In this document: positions 19,566-30,100 of the stretch, in pieces
How positions within the stretch are numbered: position 1 is the stretch's first letter
Layout: the number at the start of each line of letters is the position of its first letter
NCBI GenBank assembly: GCA_945878555.1
Contig: CAMDWI010000014.1
Location: forward strand, 19,387 to 83,386
Origin: Klebsiella pneumoniae
Lineage (GTDB): Bacteria > Pseudomonadota > Gammaproteobacteria > Eutrophobiales > Eutrophobiaceae
Direction of reading: 5' to 3'
Length of the DNA stretch: 64,000 nt
Translations under genes and position numbers: made by a program
The notes under the pieces: generated by a model
The model's input: the letters and a program-made list of their open reading frames with translations, nothing else
Databases searched by the model: none
Told to the model about the DNA's origin: nothing

Positions 19566-19681
19566 GAACCCGGCTGTCCGCTATGGTTGTGAAAGACCGT
19601 GTGCCGCATGGATGCGGCACCCGAGCCTACATGGATGTATTTACGGCGTGTCTTGAATAACCATAGCGGATAGCCGGGTTC
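19566..19681 (+). repeat. Intergenic hairpin element, copy B: 23-bp copy-specific inverted repeat enclosing the conserved core
   Basis: Arms 19566-19588 and 19659-19681 pair at 23/23 positions, including one G:T. The core's 61 nt from AAGACC to GTGTCT differ from copy A at one position. Confidence 0.9.
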
Positions 19682-19709
19682 TACAGTTGGCACGATCCCG
19701 TTCTCCGTA

Positions 19710-20813
19710 TTAGTTTGTCATGTATTCAACAATTTCCAGACCAAAACCGGAAATTGCGTGGTAACGTTTGGGAGAACTCATCACGATCATCTTTTTCACG
19801 CCGAGATCGGACAAGATCTGCGAACCCAGTCCGATAGTCCGAAACTCGCGACTGCCCTGTTTCTTGCCGGCAACCTCCGGTACTGCATTGGTCATACTCT
19901 GGATCTGGGCAATGATATTATCCGGCTCAAGCTGGTTACATAACACGACCAGAACGCCATTTTTTTCCTGTGACAACCGCTGCAGCACTGCTCGAACCGG
20001 CCAGCTGCTTTTCAGGCTACCGCCGGTAAGATCAAAGATCGGATTCTCGATATGCACGCGGACCGGTATCGGTATCTCCGGATTGATTTCTCCCCTGACC
20101 AGTGCAAAATGCAGGTTATTTTTCAGGCTGTCACGAAATGTATACAGTGTGAATTCACCAAACTCGGTCGTGAAAGCCGATGTTGTCATACGTTCAATCG
20201 TCTTTTCGTTTTCGGTCCGGTAACGGATCAAATCTGCTATCGTGCCTATCTTCAGTCCGAAGGTGACTGCCAGCTTTTCCAGATCGGGTCTGCGGGCCAT
20301 CGTACCGTCATCATTCATGATTTCGACGATAACCGCCGCCGGACTGAATCCGGCCAGCCTGGCAAGATCACAGCCAGCCTCGGTATGGCCAGCCCTCGAC
20401 AGCACACCTCCGGGGTGTGACATCAATGGAAATACATGGCCGGGCTGGACCAGGTCCGCAGGTTGGGCATTTTCGGCAACGGCCTTGCGGATGGTCAAGG
20501 CACGATCCGCAGCAGATATTCCGGTAGTGACGCCCTCGGCCGCCTCTATCGAGACTGTAAAATTGGTACTGGTGTCAGAATAGGTATTACGTGCCATCAG
20601 CGGCAGGTTCAGCCTGCGGCAGTGTTCCTTGCTCAGGGGCAGACAAATGAGTCCGCGGCCATAACGCGCCATGAAGTTAATGTCTTCCGCACGCACGCAC
20701 TCGGCGGCAAGCACAAAATCACCCTCATTTTCACGGTCTTCATCATCCATCAGGATGACCATACGGCCCGCGCGAATTTCGGTGATCAAATCTTCTGTTT
20801 TATCAAGCGACAT
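19710..20813 (-). CDS. ribBA: Bifunctional 3,4-dihydroxy-2-butanone-4-phosphate synthase / GTP cyclohydrolase II
   Basis: 367 aa. DHBP synthase N-terminal half (DDEDRENEGDF...RGLICLP...HTEA) plus a GCH-II-like C-terminal half. Confidence 0.9.
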   Translation of the reverse strand: MSLDKTEDLITEIRAGRMVILMDDEDRENEGDFVLAAECVRAEDINFMARYGRGLICLPLSKEHCRRLNLPLMARNTYSDTSTNFTVSIEAAEGVTTGISAADRALTIRKAVAENAQPADLVQPGHVFPLMSHPGGVLSRAGHTEAGCDLARLAGFSPAAVIVEIMNDDGTMARRPDLEKLAVTFGLKIGTIADLIRYRTENEKTIERMTTSAFTTEFGEFTLYTFRDSLKNNLHFALVRGEINPEIPIPVRVHIENPIFDLTGGSLKSSWPVRAVLQRLSQEKNGVLVVLCNQLEPDNIIAQIQSMTNAVPEVAGKKQGSREFRTIGLGSQILSDLGVKKMIVMSSPKRYHAISGFGLEIVEYMTN

Positions 20814-20873
20814 TTAAGTTTCCGGACAGCAGTTGTATCGGCGACAGTATAGCCAGAACAACAGGGTTTGTAT

Positions 20874-21470
20874 CTAGAGACCGGTTGTTTGCAGCCGTTC
20901 CAGATAACGGGCGATGATGTCTACCTCGATATTGACCGGGCTGCCAACGCGATAATCTGCAAAACGGGTCTGTTGCATCGTATGGGGGATGATATTGACA
21001 CTGACAAGCCTGTCTGCAACATCATTGACTGTCAGACTCACACCATCAATACAAACCGATCCTTTTTTACAGATATAGCGCTGTAATGGCGCGGGAATCT
21101 CAATCTTGACCCGGATTGATCTCGCATCCGGCTCTATGGATACGACATGTCCGGTACCATCAATATGTCCGGTCACAATATGACCGTGCAGACGTGAGGA
21201 CGCCTGCATCGCCTTTTCCAGATTCACGATGTTTCCCGCGACGAGTGTGTTGAACGTTGTACAGGAAAGTGTCTCGGACGAGATATCGGCGGTAAAACAG
21301 TTTCCGGCTACGGCGATAACGGTCAGACACACGCCGTTGACACTGATACTGTCACCAATAGCCACATCCGTCAGATCGAGTGTGCCGACGTCGATGACCG
21401 CACGCATGTCACCGTTAATGATTTCGGTACGGCTGACGGAACCCACAGCGGTTATTATGCCGGTAAACAT
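20874..21470 (-). CDS. ribE: Riboflavin synthase (alpha chain)
   Basis: 198 aa. MFTGIITAVG... and the duplicated lumazine-binding repeat (GDSISVNGVCLTV / GSVCIDGVSLTV). Confidence 0.93.
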   Translation of the reverse strand: MFTGIITAVGSVSRTEIINGDMRAVIDVGTLDLTDVAIGDSISVNGVCLTVIAVAGNCFTADISSETLSCTTFNTLVAGNIVNLEKAMQASSRLHGHIVTGHIDGTGHVVSIEPDARSIRVKIEIPAPLQRYICKKGSVCIDGVSLTVNDVADRLVSVNIIPHTMQQTRFADYRVGSPVNIEVDIIARYLERLQTTGL

Positions 21471-21476
21471 CGCGCC

Positions 21477-22571
21477 TCAGTCCTTGCTGAACCGATAGCG
21501 ATAACGCATATCCGTACCCACGGCACGCACATCCATCAATGTCATACGGAGGCCATCATTCAAGACACTGAGTTCAGGTAGCGTCAGCATCGACATCGCC
21601 TTGTCACCGAGCAATATGGGCGCCTGATAAACAATCAGTTCATCCACCAGACCGGCCTGGATTAAAGCGCCGGACAGGCCTGGACCGGCCTCGACCAGCA
21701 ATTCATTAATCTCGTGCTGTCCCGCCAGATAACGCATACTCTCCTGCAGAAAGTCTGTTGATTCCGGCATGTGTACCTGCACACCACGGTCCTGTAACGG
21801 CCGTTGCCTGTCCTGATCCCGGCAGGTAGTTAATAACAGGACCTTTCCCGGCTGATCGAGCAGCTTTGCCGACAACGGCAGCCGCAGTTGGCGGTCGATG
21901 ATCACCCGTAATGGTTGTCTGGAATGCGTATCAATATCACGGACCGTCAAACGCGGGTCATCGGCAAGGACAGTCCCAATACCGGTCAGGATGGCACAAC
22001 TTTGTGCCCTCAGCTGTTGGGCGTCCTTTCTGGCCGCCTCACTGGTGATCCACTTGCTATTGCCGTTATTCAGGGCCGTCTTGCCGTCCACGCTGATCGC
22101 CAGCTTGCATCTGACATAGGGAAGTCCCGCTGTCATGCGCTTGATAAAACCGGGATTCAGTGCCTGTGAAGATTTTTCCATCAGGCCATTACCGGCGAGT
22201 ACACCGGCAGCGGCCAGCTGTTGCAAGCCCTTACCGGCCACGCGTGGATTCGGATCGATCATCGCTGTAACAACACGGGAGATTCCGGCATCCAGCAAAG
22301 CCGGTGTGCACGGCGGGGTCTTGCCGGTATGGATACACGGCTCCAGCGTGACATAACAGGTGGCGCCGCGCGCACGATCGCCGGCCTGTTTTAATGCAAT
22401 GATCTCGGCATGATCGGCACCGGCCTGCACATGCCAGCCTTGTCCAACGATTTCATTGTTATTGACGATTACGCAACCCACACGCGGGTTCGGGGTGGTG
22501 GTGTACAGGCCGTTTCCGGCAAGCCTGAGTGCCTGCGCCATATGCAGATGATCAGCCGCAGACCACTTCAA
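21477..22571 (-). CDS. ribD: Bifunctional riboflavin biosynthesis deaminase/reductase RibD
   Basis: 364 aa. CMP/dCMP-type deaminase zinc motif (HAEI...PCxHxGKTPPC) plus the reductase C-terminal half. Confidence 0.93.
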   Translation of the reverse strand: MKWSAADHLHMAQALRLAGNGLYTTTPNPRVGCVIVNNNEIVGQGWHVQAGADHAEIIALKQAGDRARGATCYVTLEPCIHTGKTPPCTPALLDAGISRVVTAMIDPNPRVAGKGLQQLAAAGVLAGNGLMEKSSQALNPGFIKRMTAGLPYVRCKLAISVDGKTALNNGNSKWITSEAARKDAQQLRAQSCAILTGIGTVLADDPRLTVRDIDTHSRQPLRVIIDRQLRLPLSAKLLDQPGKVLLLTTCRDQDRQRPLQDRGVQVHMPESTDFLQESMRYLAGQHEINELLVEAGPGLSGALIQAGLVDELIVYQAPILLGDKAMSMLTLPELSVLNDGLRMTLMDVRAVGTDMRYRYRFSKD

Positions 22572-23080
22572 GTTTCTTCACTGTCGTTGGTGAGAAGATT
22601 TAGCTGGTTCTCCCGGATTTCCGGTGGCAGGTCATTTTCCAGCTTGGCAATTTCATCCAGAAAGGCGCGCACATCTTCAAAACTGCGATATACGGAGGCA
22701 AAGCGTACATAAGCCACCTGGTCCATCTGGCGCAGCTCCTCCATAACCCATTCACCGACCTGGCGTGACCTGATTTCGCGTACACCCAGCGCCCGCAGCT
22801 TGTGTCCGACTCGACTGATTGCAATCTCAACCATCTCCATCGGTACCGGTCGTTTTTCCAGTGCACGGAGAAAACTGGCCCGCAGTTTTTCCTCGACATA
22901 CTTCTGGCGACGACCGTCCGATTTGATAATACGCGGAAAATTCAGCTCGGCTGATTCATATGTCGTAAAACGTTCCTGGCATTGCAGACACTCACGGCGA
23001 CGCCGGATCTGGTCACCTTCACCCACCAGACGTGAGTCAATTACCTTGGTCTCGGTGGCGGCACAGAACGGGCAATACAT
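22568..23080 (-). CDS. nrdR: Transcriptional repressor NrdR
   Basis: 170 aa. [17 protein letters not shown]...[15 protein letters not shown] zinc ribbon plus an ATP-cone. 4-nt overlap with ribD. Confidence 0.95.
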   Translation of the reverse strand: MYCPFCAATETKVIDSRLVGEGDQIRRRRECLQCQERFTTYESAELNFPRIIKSDGRRQKYVEEKLRASFLRALEKRPVPMEMVEIAISRVGHKLRALGVREIRSRQVGEWVMEELRQMDQVAYVRFASVYRSFEDVRAFLDEIAKLENDLPPEIRENQLNLLTNDSEET

Positions 23081-23117
23081 CTAGCTAACCTTGTCCGCGT
23101 GACGATTCACAGTGCGC

Positions 23118-24374
23118 CTAACGCTCATACATCGGGTAACGGTCACACAATAACCTGACCTGCCCGCGGATACGGGCAAGGACAGACTCTTCACAACGAC
23201 TGTCAATCACATCACAAATCATGTTGGCCACCTCACGTGCCTCGGCCTCGCGGAAGCCGCGTGTGGTGATCGAAGGTGTTCCAATGCGTATGCCGCTGGT
23301 GATAAATGGTGACTGTGGATCATTCGGCACGGCGTTTTTGTTCACGGTAATGTGCGCCTTGTCGAGTGCCGCATCCAGCTCCTTCCCTGTCAAACCCTTG
23401 TCGACCAGATCGACCAGGAACAGGTGATTATCCGTACCACCGGAGACTATCTTGACACCCCGTTTAACAAATTCTTCAGCCATCGCCCTGGCGTTGTTCA
23501 GCACCTGCTGCTGATAAACCTTGAACTCCGGTTCCATCGCTTCCTTGAAGGCCACCGCCTTGGCCGCAATCACATGCATCAACGGGCCACCCTGATAGCC
23601 CGGGAAGACAGAAAAATTGATCTTCTTTTCAATATCCTTGTTTTCACGGCCCATGATCAGTCCGGAACGCGGACCGCGCAGCGTTTTGTGTGTGGTTGTA
23701 GTCGTCACATCGGCAATCTGAATCGGACTGGGATACAGCCCGGCGACAATCAGACCGGCCACATGGGCGATATCTGCTACCAGATAGGCACCAACCTTGT
23801 CGGCTATCTCGCGGAAACGCTGCCAGTTAACCACACGTGAATAGGCCGAAAACCCGGTCATAATCAGTTTCGGCTTGTGTTCGAGTGCCAGGCGTTCGGC
23901 CTGGTCATAATTGATTTCACCGGTCGCCGGGTCCAGTCCGTATTGTACGGCCTGATAAACGCGCCCGGAGGCATTGACCGAGGAGCCGTGCGTCAGGTGA
24001 CCACCATCGGCCAGGCTCATCCCCATGACTACATCACCCGGCTGGACCAGGGCCAGATAAACCGCCCCGTTCGCCTGGGATCCCGAATGCGGCTGGACAT
24101 TGGCAAAATCAGCACCAAACAGTGTTTTGGCCCGATCAATGGCCAGCTGTTCGATCACGTCGGCATATTCACAACCACCGTAATAACGTTTGCCGGGATA
24201 GCCCTCGGCGTATTTGTTCGTCAATATTGAACCCTGGGCCTCAAGCACACGCGGGCTGACATTATTTTCCGAGGCTATCAGTTCAATATGCTCTTCCTGA
24301 CGCCTTACCTCGCCCTGCATCGCCTGCCAGAGCACATCATCATAACCTTCTATTTTCATATCCTTATTGAACAT
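23118..24374 (-). CDS. glyA: Serine hydroxymethyltransferase
   Basis: 418 aa. ELIASEN, the PLP-lysine region [12 protein letters not shown], and full-length SHMT similarity. Confidence 0.96.
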   Translation of the reverse strand: MFNKDMKIEGYDDVLWQAMQGEVRRQEEHIELIASENNVSPRVLEAQGSILTNKYAEGYPGKRYYGGCEYADVIEQLAIDRAKTLFGADFANVQPHSGSQANGAVYLALVQPGDVVMGMSLADGGHLTHGSSVNASGRVYQAVQYGLDPATGEINYDQAERLALEHKPKLIMTGFSAYSRVVNWQRFREIADKVGAYLVADIAHVAGLIVAGLYPSPIQIADVTTTTTHKTLRGPRSGLIMGRENKDIEKKINFSVFPGYQGGPLMHVIAAKAVAFKEAMEPEFKVYQQQVLNNARAMAEEFVKRGVKIVSGGTDNHLFLVDLVDKGLTGKELDAALDKAHITVNKNAVPNDPQSPFITSGIRIGTPSITTRGFREAEAREVANMICDVIDSRCEESVLARIRGQVRLLCDRYPMYER

Positions 24375-24699
24375 GAATATCCCTCATGAATTATTGTATC
24401 GGGGCGCAAACAGATGTCGGAACAGGCCGGTTTCTGTCTCGCAAAATCAGGCTGCAAGAGTACCAGATTTAGTGGTTTCTGGCTAAGGCTGTATGCAATA
24501 TTTTGTGGATTGGGGATATTTTTCAAGCGACTATTTAATCCGTGTTCAGCGTGGTTGCGCGGACCCAATTGCCGGGATTCAGCCGGTCGATCTGCGTGTG
24601 TTTTCAGCCCGCTTGCCGGTATGAATTAATCCTGCAGGATTCATCCGGAAAATCATATAATTACCCGCTTTGACCACCGGATAAGAGTGAGTTGTTGCC

Positions 24700-25578
24700 A
24701 TGTCTGAAATGGATTCTTTTTTTAAACGCGCCAACCAGCTGCTGGACAGGCTGGAAATCCAGCTGGGCACGACCCGGTCCCCGGGGTTGATGCTGGATCC
24801 GGAGCAGGACTACTGCTGGTGTTATTCAGCTGACAGTCGACGGCTTGAGCCGGTCAGACGCCTGAACAATATCCGTCTGGACGACCTGAAATGTATTGAT
24901 AAACAGAAACAGCTGTTGATGACCAATACATTGCAATTCATCAACGGCCTGCCTGCCAATAACGTGTTGTTATGGGGACCGCGAGGCACAGGTAAATCCT
25001 CACTGATCAAGGCACTGTTGAATCACTATCATACCGAAGGACTGAGGATGATCGAGGTACAACGCGATGACCTCGGCAAATTATCGACCATATGCGATGC
25101 ACTGTATGAACAAAAGGGACGTTATATCATCTTTTGCGATGACCTCTCGTTTGAGGCAACTGACCCCGGCTACAAGGCCATCAAGGTCATACTTGATGGA
25201 TCAGTCAATCCTTTACCGGAAAACACGCTCATCTACGCTACCTCTAACCGCCGCCATCTGGTCCCGGAGCACATGCATGAAAATCTGGAAAGCGGGCTTG
25301 TTGATGATGAACTGCATTTAAGCGAAGGCATAGAGGAAAAGCTGTCCCTGTCCGAGCGCTTTGGACTGTGGGTTGCCTTTCATCCGTTCAACCAGGACCA
25401 GTATCTCGAACTGGTGCAATACTGGCTGGGCAAACTGCTCGGAGAACAATACAGGCTGGACGAGACGGCACGTAAGGCCGCCCTGATGTGGGCCCTGCAG
25501 CACGGGTCACGCAGCGGCAGGTGTGCGCTGTTGTTCAGTCGTGACTGGGCCGGCAAGACCGGACTGGCGGCACGATGA
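24700..25578 (+). CDS. DUF815-family AAA-type ATPase
   Basis: 292 aa. Walker A in NNVLLWGPRGTGKSSLIKALL and Walker B in IIFCDDLSF. Overall layout matches DUF815 proteins. Stop overlaps the next start (ATGA). Confidence 0.7.
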   Translation: MSEMDSFFKRANQLLDRLEIQLGTTRSPGLMLDPEQDYCWCYSADSRRLEPVRRLNNIRLDDLKCIDKQKQLLMTNTLQFINGLPANNVLLWGPRGTGKSSLIKALLNHYHTEGLRMIEVQRDDLGKLSTICDALYEQKGRYIIFCDDLSFEATDPGYKAIKVILDGSVNPLPENTLIYATSNRRHLVPEHMHENLESGLVDDELHLSEGIEEKLSLSERFGLWVAFHPFNQDQYLELVQYWLGKLLGEQYRLDETARKAALMWALQHGSRSGRCALLFSRDWAGKTGLAAR

Positions 25579-26315
25579 AACGGATCGCAATTATCGGCGG
25601 TACCGGGCTGACCCGGTTGGAGACCGTCCAGATTACTGACAGGCAACACTGCACTACCCCATATGGCGCGCCGTCCGGTCCGGTCATCCATGGCACACTG
25701 GCCGGGCATGAGGTCCTGTTCCTGCCACGGCACGGCGACCCCCATGCCATACCACCACACAAGATAAATTACCGCGCCAATATCCAGGCACTGAAAGACT
25801 GTGGCGTGAACGCGATTATCGCTGTCAATGCGGTAGGTGGTATCACCCCGGCGATGGGGCCCTGTGTGATTGCTGTGCCTGACCAGATTATTGACTACAC
25901 CTGGTCACGTGAACACACCTATTCGGATGGTACAAGCGAGACGGTCAACCATATCGATTTCACTCTCCCCTACAGTACGGCATTGCGCCAGCGCATCATC
26001 AGGGCCGCCACCAGTATCGATGTGCCGATCCAGACTCACGGCACGTATGGCGCGACGCAGGGCCCACGACTGGAAACGGCGTCGGAAATCACCCGTATGG
26101 AGCGCGATGGCTGCGATCTGGTAGGTATGACCGGGATGCCGGAGGCCGCGCTGGCGCGTGAACTTGATATTGATTATGCCTGTATCGCGCTGGTTGTTAA
26201 CTGGGCGGCGGGTAAAACGGATGAAGAAATTACTATGGATATCATCCAGCAGAATCTGGACAGCGGCATGGATAAAATTCGCCGCCTGCTGGAGGCGAGT
26301 GTCAGTCTGGCGTAA
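25575..26315 (+). CDS. Methylthioadenosine/methylthioinosine phosphorylase (PNP family 2)
   Basis: 246 aa. IAIIGGTGL...FLPRHG..H.IPPH.INYRANI..L...GV and GATQGPRLET..E..M....G.DLVGMT are typical of MTAP-type phosphorylases. Confidence 0.85.
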   Translation: MKRIAIIGGTGLTRLETVQITDRQHCTTPYGAPSGPVIHGTLAGHEVLFLPRHGDPHAIPPHKINYRANIQALKDCGVNAIIAVNAVGGITPAMGPCVIAVPDQIIDYTWSREHTYSDGTSETVNHIDFTLPYSTALRQRIIRAATSIDVPIQTHGTYGATQGPRLETASEITRMERDGCDLVGMTGMPEAALARELDIDYACIALVVNWAAGKTDEEITMDIIQQNLDSGMDKIRRLLEASVSLA

Positions 26316-26326
26316 CAGCGCCAGAC
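26305..26326. terminator. Hairpin overlapping the phosphorylase stop codon, between convergent genes
   Basis: GTCTGGCG (26305-26312) pairs with CGCCAGAC (26319-26326) as an 8-bp stem. It lies in the 23-nt convergent gap before the CsiV-like gene. No clear T-run. Confidence 0.3.
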
Positions 26327-26338
26327 CATAACACTCTG

Positions 26339-27166
26339 TCAGGTACCGGGTCCCGCTTCGGGATTTTCTGCCGACGCCGGTTCTACCTCAGGTTCTGTTT
26401 CATAACGCCCTACTTGCAGGATCACACCAAACCGGGGGTGATCGAAATATTGTAAATCATTCAACCTGACGCGGCGGCTTTCTGTCAGCCTGACATATTC
26501 AGCCGGTTTTTCCGGCACCATCGGTACGGTCAGTTGCGGGTCAGTTACCTGCTCAGGTATGACCACACTGTCACTCGCGGGAGATCGAAACAGCACCATA
26601 TCGAGATCAACATACAGTAAAGACGCGCTGCGGATTCGGACAGTGCCATCCAGTAATAATTTTACCGGTTCGTAAAATCCGGTCGGCATCGGATCTGTCA
26701 CCAGCGCCGGTGGCATCGTCAGTTCAAACAGGCTGCCATTGTCATCCTGCTGCAGATGCAGGGCTCGGGCACGGTTGCCGTCCTGACCCGGTTGTAGCCA
26801 GGCCACATGATATTTAGGTCGATAATCGCGCGACTGGCGTAAGGTCTGGTAGACACCCTGCAGACGATGACTGGAGGCAGGCAGTATCCGGTAAGGGATC
26901 ATCGGTTCGGCTTCCTGCACCGGCAGCACACCCTCTACGGTCAGCGGCGGTGATGGCGGTGCGGGTGGCAGGCTCACATAATATACCGGTCTGACCGTAC
27001 CGGTCAGCGGTACCAATCCTGGGTCACGAAACCAGTCCTCGCCATCAAAACCGGGATTGACGTGCTCGAAGACTATCATTTCTACCTGGTACCACTGGGC
27101 CGAAGCAGATTGTGTACCTGTCGCAATGACAAGTAGTAAAAACATCCTGATCCAGTTTCTGATCAT
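26339..27166 (-). CDS. CsiV-like periplasmic protein (DUF2803 family)
   Basis: 275 aa. A signal peptide is followed by QWYQVEMIVFEH, the hallmark N-terminus of the CsiV family as I recall it. It lies immediately downstream of mfd with a 4-nt overlap. Confidence 0.5.
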   Translation of the reverse strand: MIRNWIRMFLLLVIATGTQSASAQWYQVEMIVFEHVNPGFDGEDWFRDPGLVPLTGTVRPVYYVSLPPAPPSPPLTVEGVLPVQEAEPMIPYRILPASSHRLQGVYQTLRQSRDYRPKYHVAWLQPGQDGNRARALHLQQDDNGSLFELTMPPALVTDPMPTGFYEPVKLLLDGTVRIRSASLLYVDLDMVLFRSPASDSVVIPEQVTDPQLTVPMVPEKPAEYVRLTESRRVRLNDLQYFDHPRFGVILQVGRYETEPEVEPASAENPEAGPGT

Positions 27167-30100
27167 GCCGTGTCCCTGAGTACAATTTTGTCAAATAAAT
27201 CATACAGGAAATCCATCCGTGATTGCACATCGGCAAATTCCCGTATGATCTTCAATTTATCAGAACCGTCCAGTTTAAAGGTGCGAGATTCCTTCTGTAT
27301 CAGCATGATAATCCGTACCGGATCTATACGGGTCACATTATCGAACAGGATACGACCACCTCTGGCCCCCAGTTCTATCTTCCTGATCCCGAGTGGTGCT
27401 GCCCGGTATTTAAGCCGGGTAATGGCAAACAGGTTTTTCAAAGGCTCGGGCAACAGGCCAAAACGGTCTATCATCTCCTCCTGCAAACTCACAAGGTCGT
27501 CATCATCTCTCGCAGTGGCAATACGTTTATACATAATCAGCCGGGTCTGCACGTCTGCGAGATAATCCTGGGGTATCAAGGACGGCACATGAAACTCCAC
27601 CTCGGCGCCATGATCAAGCGGACGATCCAGCCGGGGCTGGTTACCGGACTTCAGTGCACGTACGGCACGATCGAGCAGATCCATGTACAGACCAAAACCG
27701 ATTTCCTGGATCTGGCCGCTCTGTTCCTCACCCAGGATCTCACCTGCACCCCGGATTTCCAGGTCATGTACTGCCAGTGTAAACCCGATACCGAGATCTT
27801 CGAGAGACTCGATCGCCTCAAGCCGCTTGATAGCATCTTTCGTAATCGATTTGAGTGAAGGTATCAGCAGATAGGCATAGGCGCGATGGTGTGATCGACC
27901 TACCCTGCCCCGCAACTGGTACAACTGGGCCAGCCCAAACTTGTCAGCCCGGTTGATAATAATTGTATTCGCGCTGGGGACGTCAATACCGGTTTCAATA
28001 ATCGTTGTACAGACCAGTATGTTAAAGCGACGATGATAAAAATCGAGCATCACCTGTTCGAGTTGCTTTTCCGGCATCTGACCATGGGCAAACTGCACCC
28101 GGGCCTCCGGTACCAGTGCCTGCACTTTTTCTGCCTGCTTTTCAATGGTATCCACTTCATTGTGCAGGAAGTAAACCTGGCCACCGCGCTGGATCTCGCG
28201 CTGGATCGCCTCCTGCAGTATCTGGTCACGCCATTCAAATACAAACGTCTTGATCGCCTGCCGACGCGACGGCGGCGAGGCAATAATGGACAGATCACGC
28301 AGGTCCGCTATCGCCATATTCAGTGTGCGCGGGATAGGTGTCGCGGTCAGAGTCAACACATCGATCTCGGCGCGTATCGCCCGGAATTTTTCCTTCTGTC
28401 TGACTCCGAACCGGTGTTCCTCATCGATGACAACGAGCCCAAGTCGACTGAAACGTATATCGTCCTGTAACAGCCTGTGCGTGCCGATAATAATATCAAC
28501 CTTGCCATTTTCGATATCACGAATAACGTCGTCCTGCTGTTTGCGATCCACAAACCGGGACAGCACCTCGATACGGAATGGCCAGTCCGCAAAGCGATCG
28601 CGGAAATTCTGGTAATGTTGCTGTGCCAGCAGGGTGGTAGGTACCAGTATACCAACCTGTTTGCCGCCATTGACTGCAATGAACGCGGCACGCATCGCTA
28701 CCTCAGTCTTGCCAAAACCGGCATCACCACAAATCAGCCTGTCCATCGGTTTGGCCTGTTTCATGTCAGCCAGCACCGCATTAATCGCATCTTGCTGATC
28801 AGGTGTTTCCTCAAACGGGAATCCCTGGACAAAGCCAAGGTAGGCATCTTCATCAAACCGGAAACTGTTACCGGTCCTGGCGGCACGGCGCGCATGCAAT
28901 TCAAGCAACTCCGCCGCCACATCGACCACACGCTTGCTGGCACGTTCCTTCGCCTTCTGCCACTGGTTGCTACCAAGCCGGTGCAAGGGAGCATGTTCCG
29001 GATCCGCGCCGGTATACCGGCTAATCAGATTGAGCGCCGAGACCGGTACATACAACTTGTCGCCCTTGTCGTATTCGAGACAGATAAATTCATTGAGGAT
29101 ACCGCCAACTTCCAGCGTCATCAGCCCGAGGTAGCGGCCTACACCATTATCCTCATGTACGACCGGTGCGCCTATCGTCAACTCGGCCAGGCTTTTTACC
29201 AGCGCATCGGATTCACTCTGGCGACGTTTACGCAGACGTCGCTGCTGTACACGTTCGCCGAACAGTTGTGACTCGCTGATAATCGCGATATGGGGCTGAT
29301 CTACTATCGTGCCGTTCTGCACAGGAGCGATCGCAAGCGCCAGAGTGGCATCCGAGTGCAGGAATTCGTCCCACCCCTGGACCTGACGCGGCGTCAATCC
29401 ATGGTTGCGGAACATCTCGGTCAACGTTTCGCGCCTGCCGGGTGATTCGGCCAGGATCAGTACCCTGCCCGCGAATTCAGCAAGAAATCGCTGTAACATT
29501 CCCAGTGGTTCACGTGCCCGTATGTCGACCGGCATCTGCAGTGGCGCACGTGTTGCATAATTAAATGTGTGACGCCTGTCAGTTACTGCAAGCCCCTGGC
29601 AAAAAACACGTGCATGTGTTTGCAGGCGGGCGGTGAGATCCTCCGGGGAAAAAAACAGCTGGTCCGGCGGCAACAATGGCCGTTCAATATCATATCGTCC
29701 CTGCTCATAACGTCGCTGGATATCGTGCCAGAATGAATCGGCAGCCGTTTCCACACCCTCGTCGATTATGACAAGTCCGGTCAGCGGTAGATAATCAAAC
29801 AGGCTGCTGGTCGTTTCATAAAACAGCGGCAGATAATATTCAATGCCCGCTGGCGCCATGCCATTGGTGACATCTGTATAGATATGTGAACTCGACGGGT
29901 TACCCTGAAAGCGGTTACGCCAGTTTGAGCGAAACCGGTTGATTGTCTCCTCGACCAGGCTGACCTCTCTGGCGGGCAATACCGTCATCCGCTCGACCTT
30001 CTCGATCGAACGTTGGGTTTCAGGATCAAAAATCCGGATACTGTCTACCTCGTCACCAAACAGATCCAGTCTGTAAGGCTGACGCAAACCCATCGGGTAG

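Noticed and set aside
20814-20873. Searched for an FMN (RFN) riboswitch in the rib cluster, and for other leaders (TPP near thiL, glycine/THF/ZTP-type near glyA at 24375-24699)
   Set aside because: The spacers within the rib cluster are too short (60 nt here, 6 nt before ribE). None of the spacers contains the conserved RFN, TPP or ZTP core sequences that I can recall.
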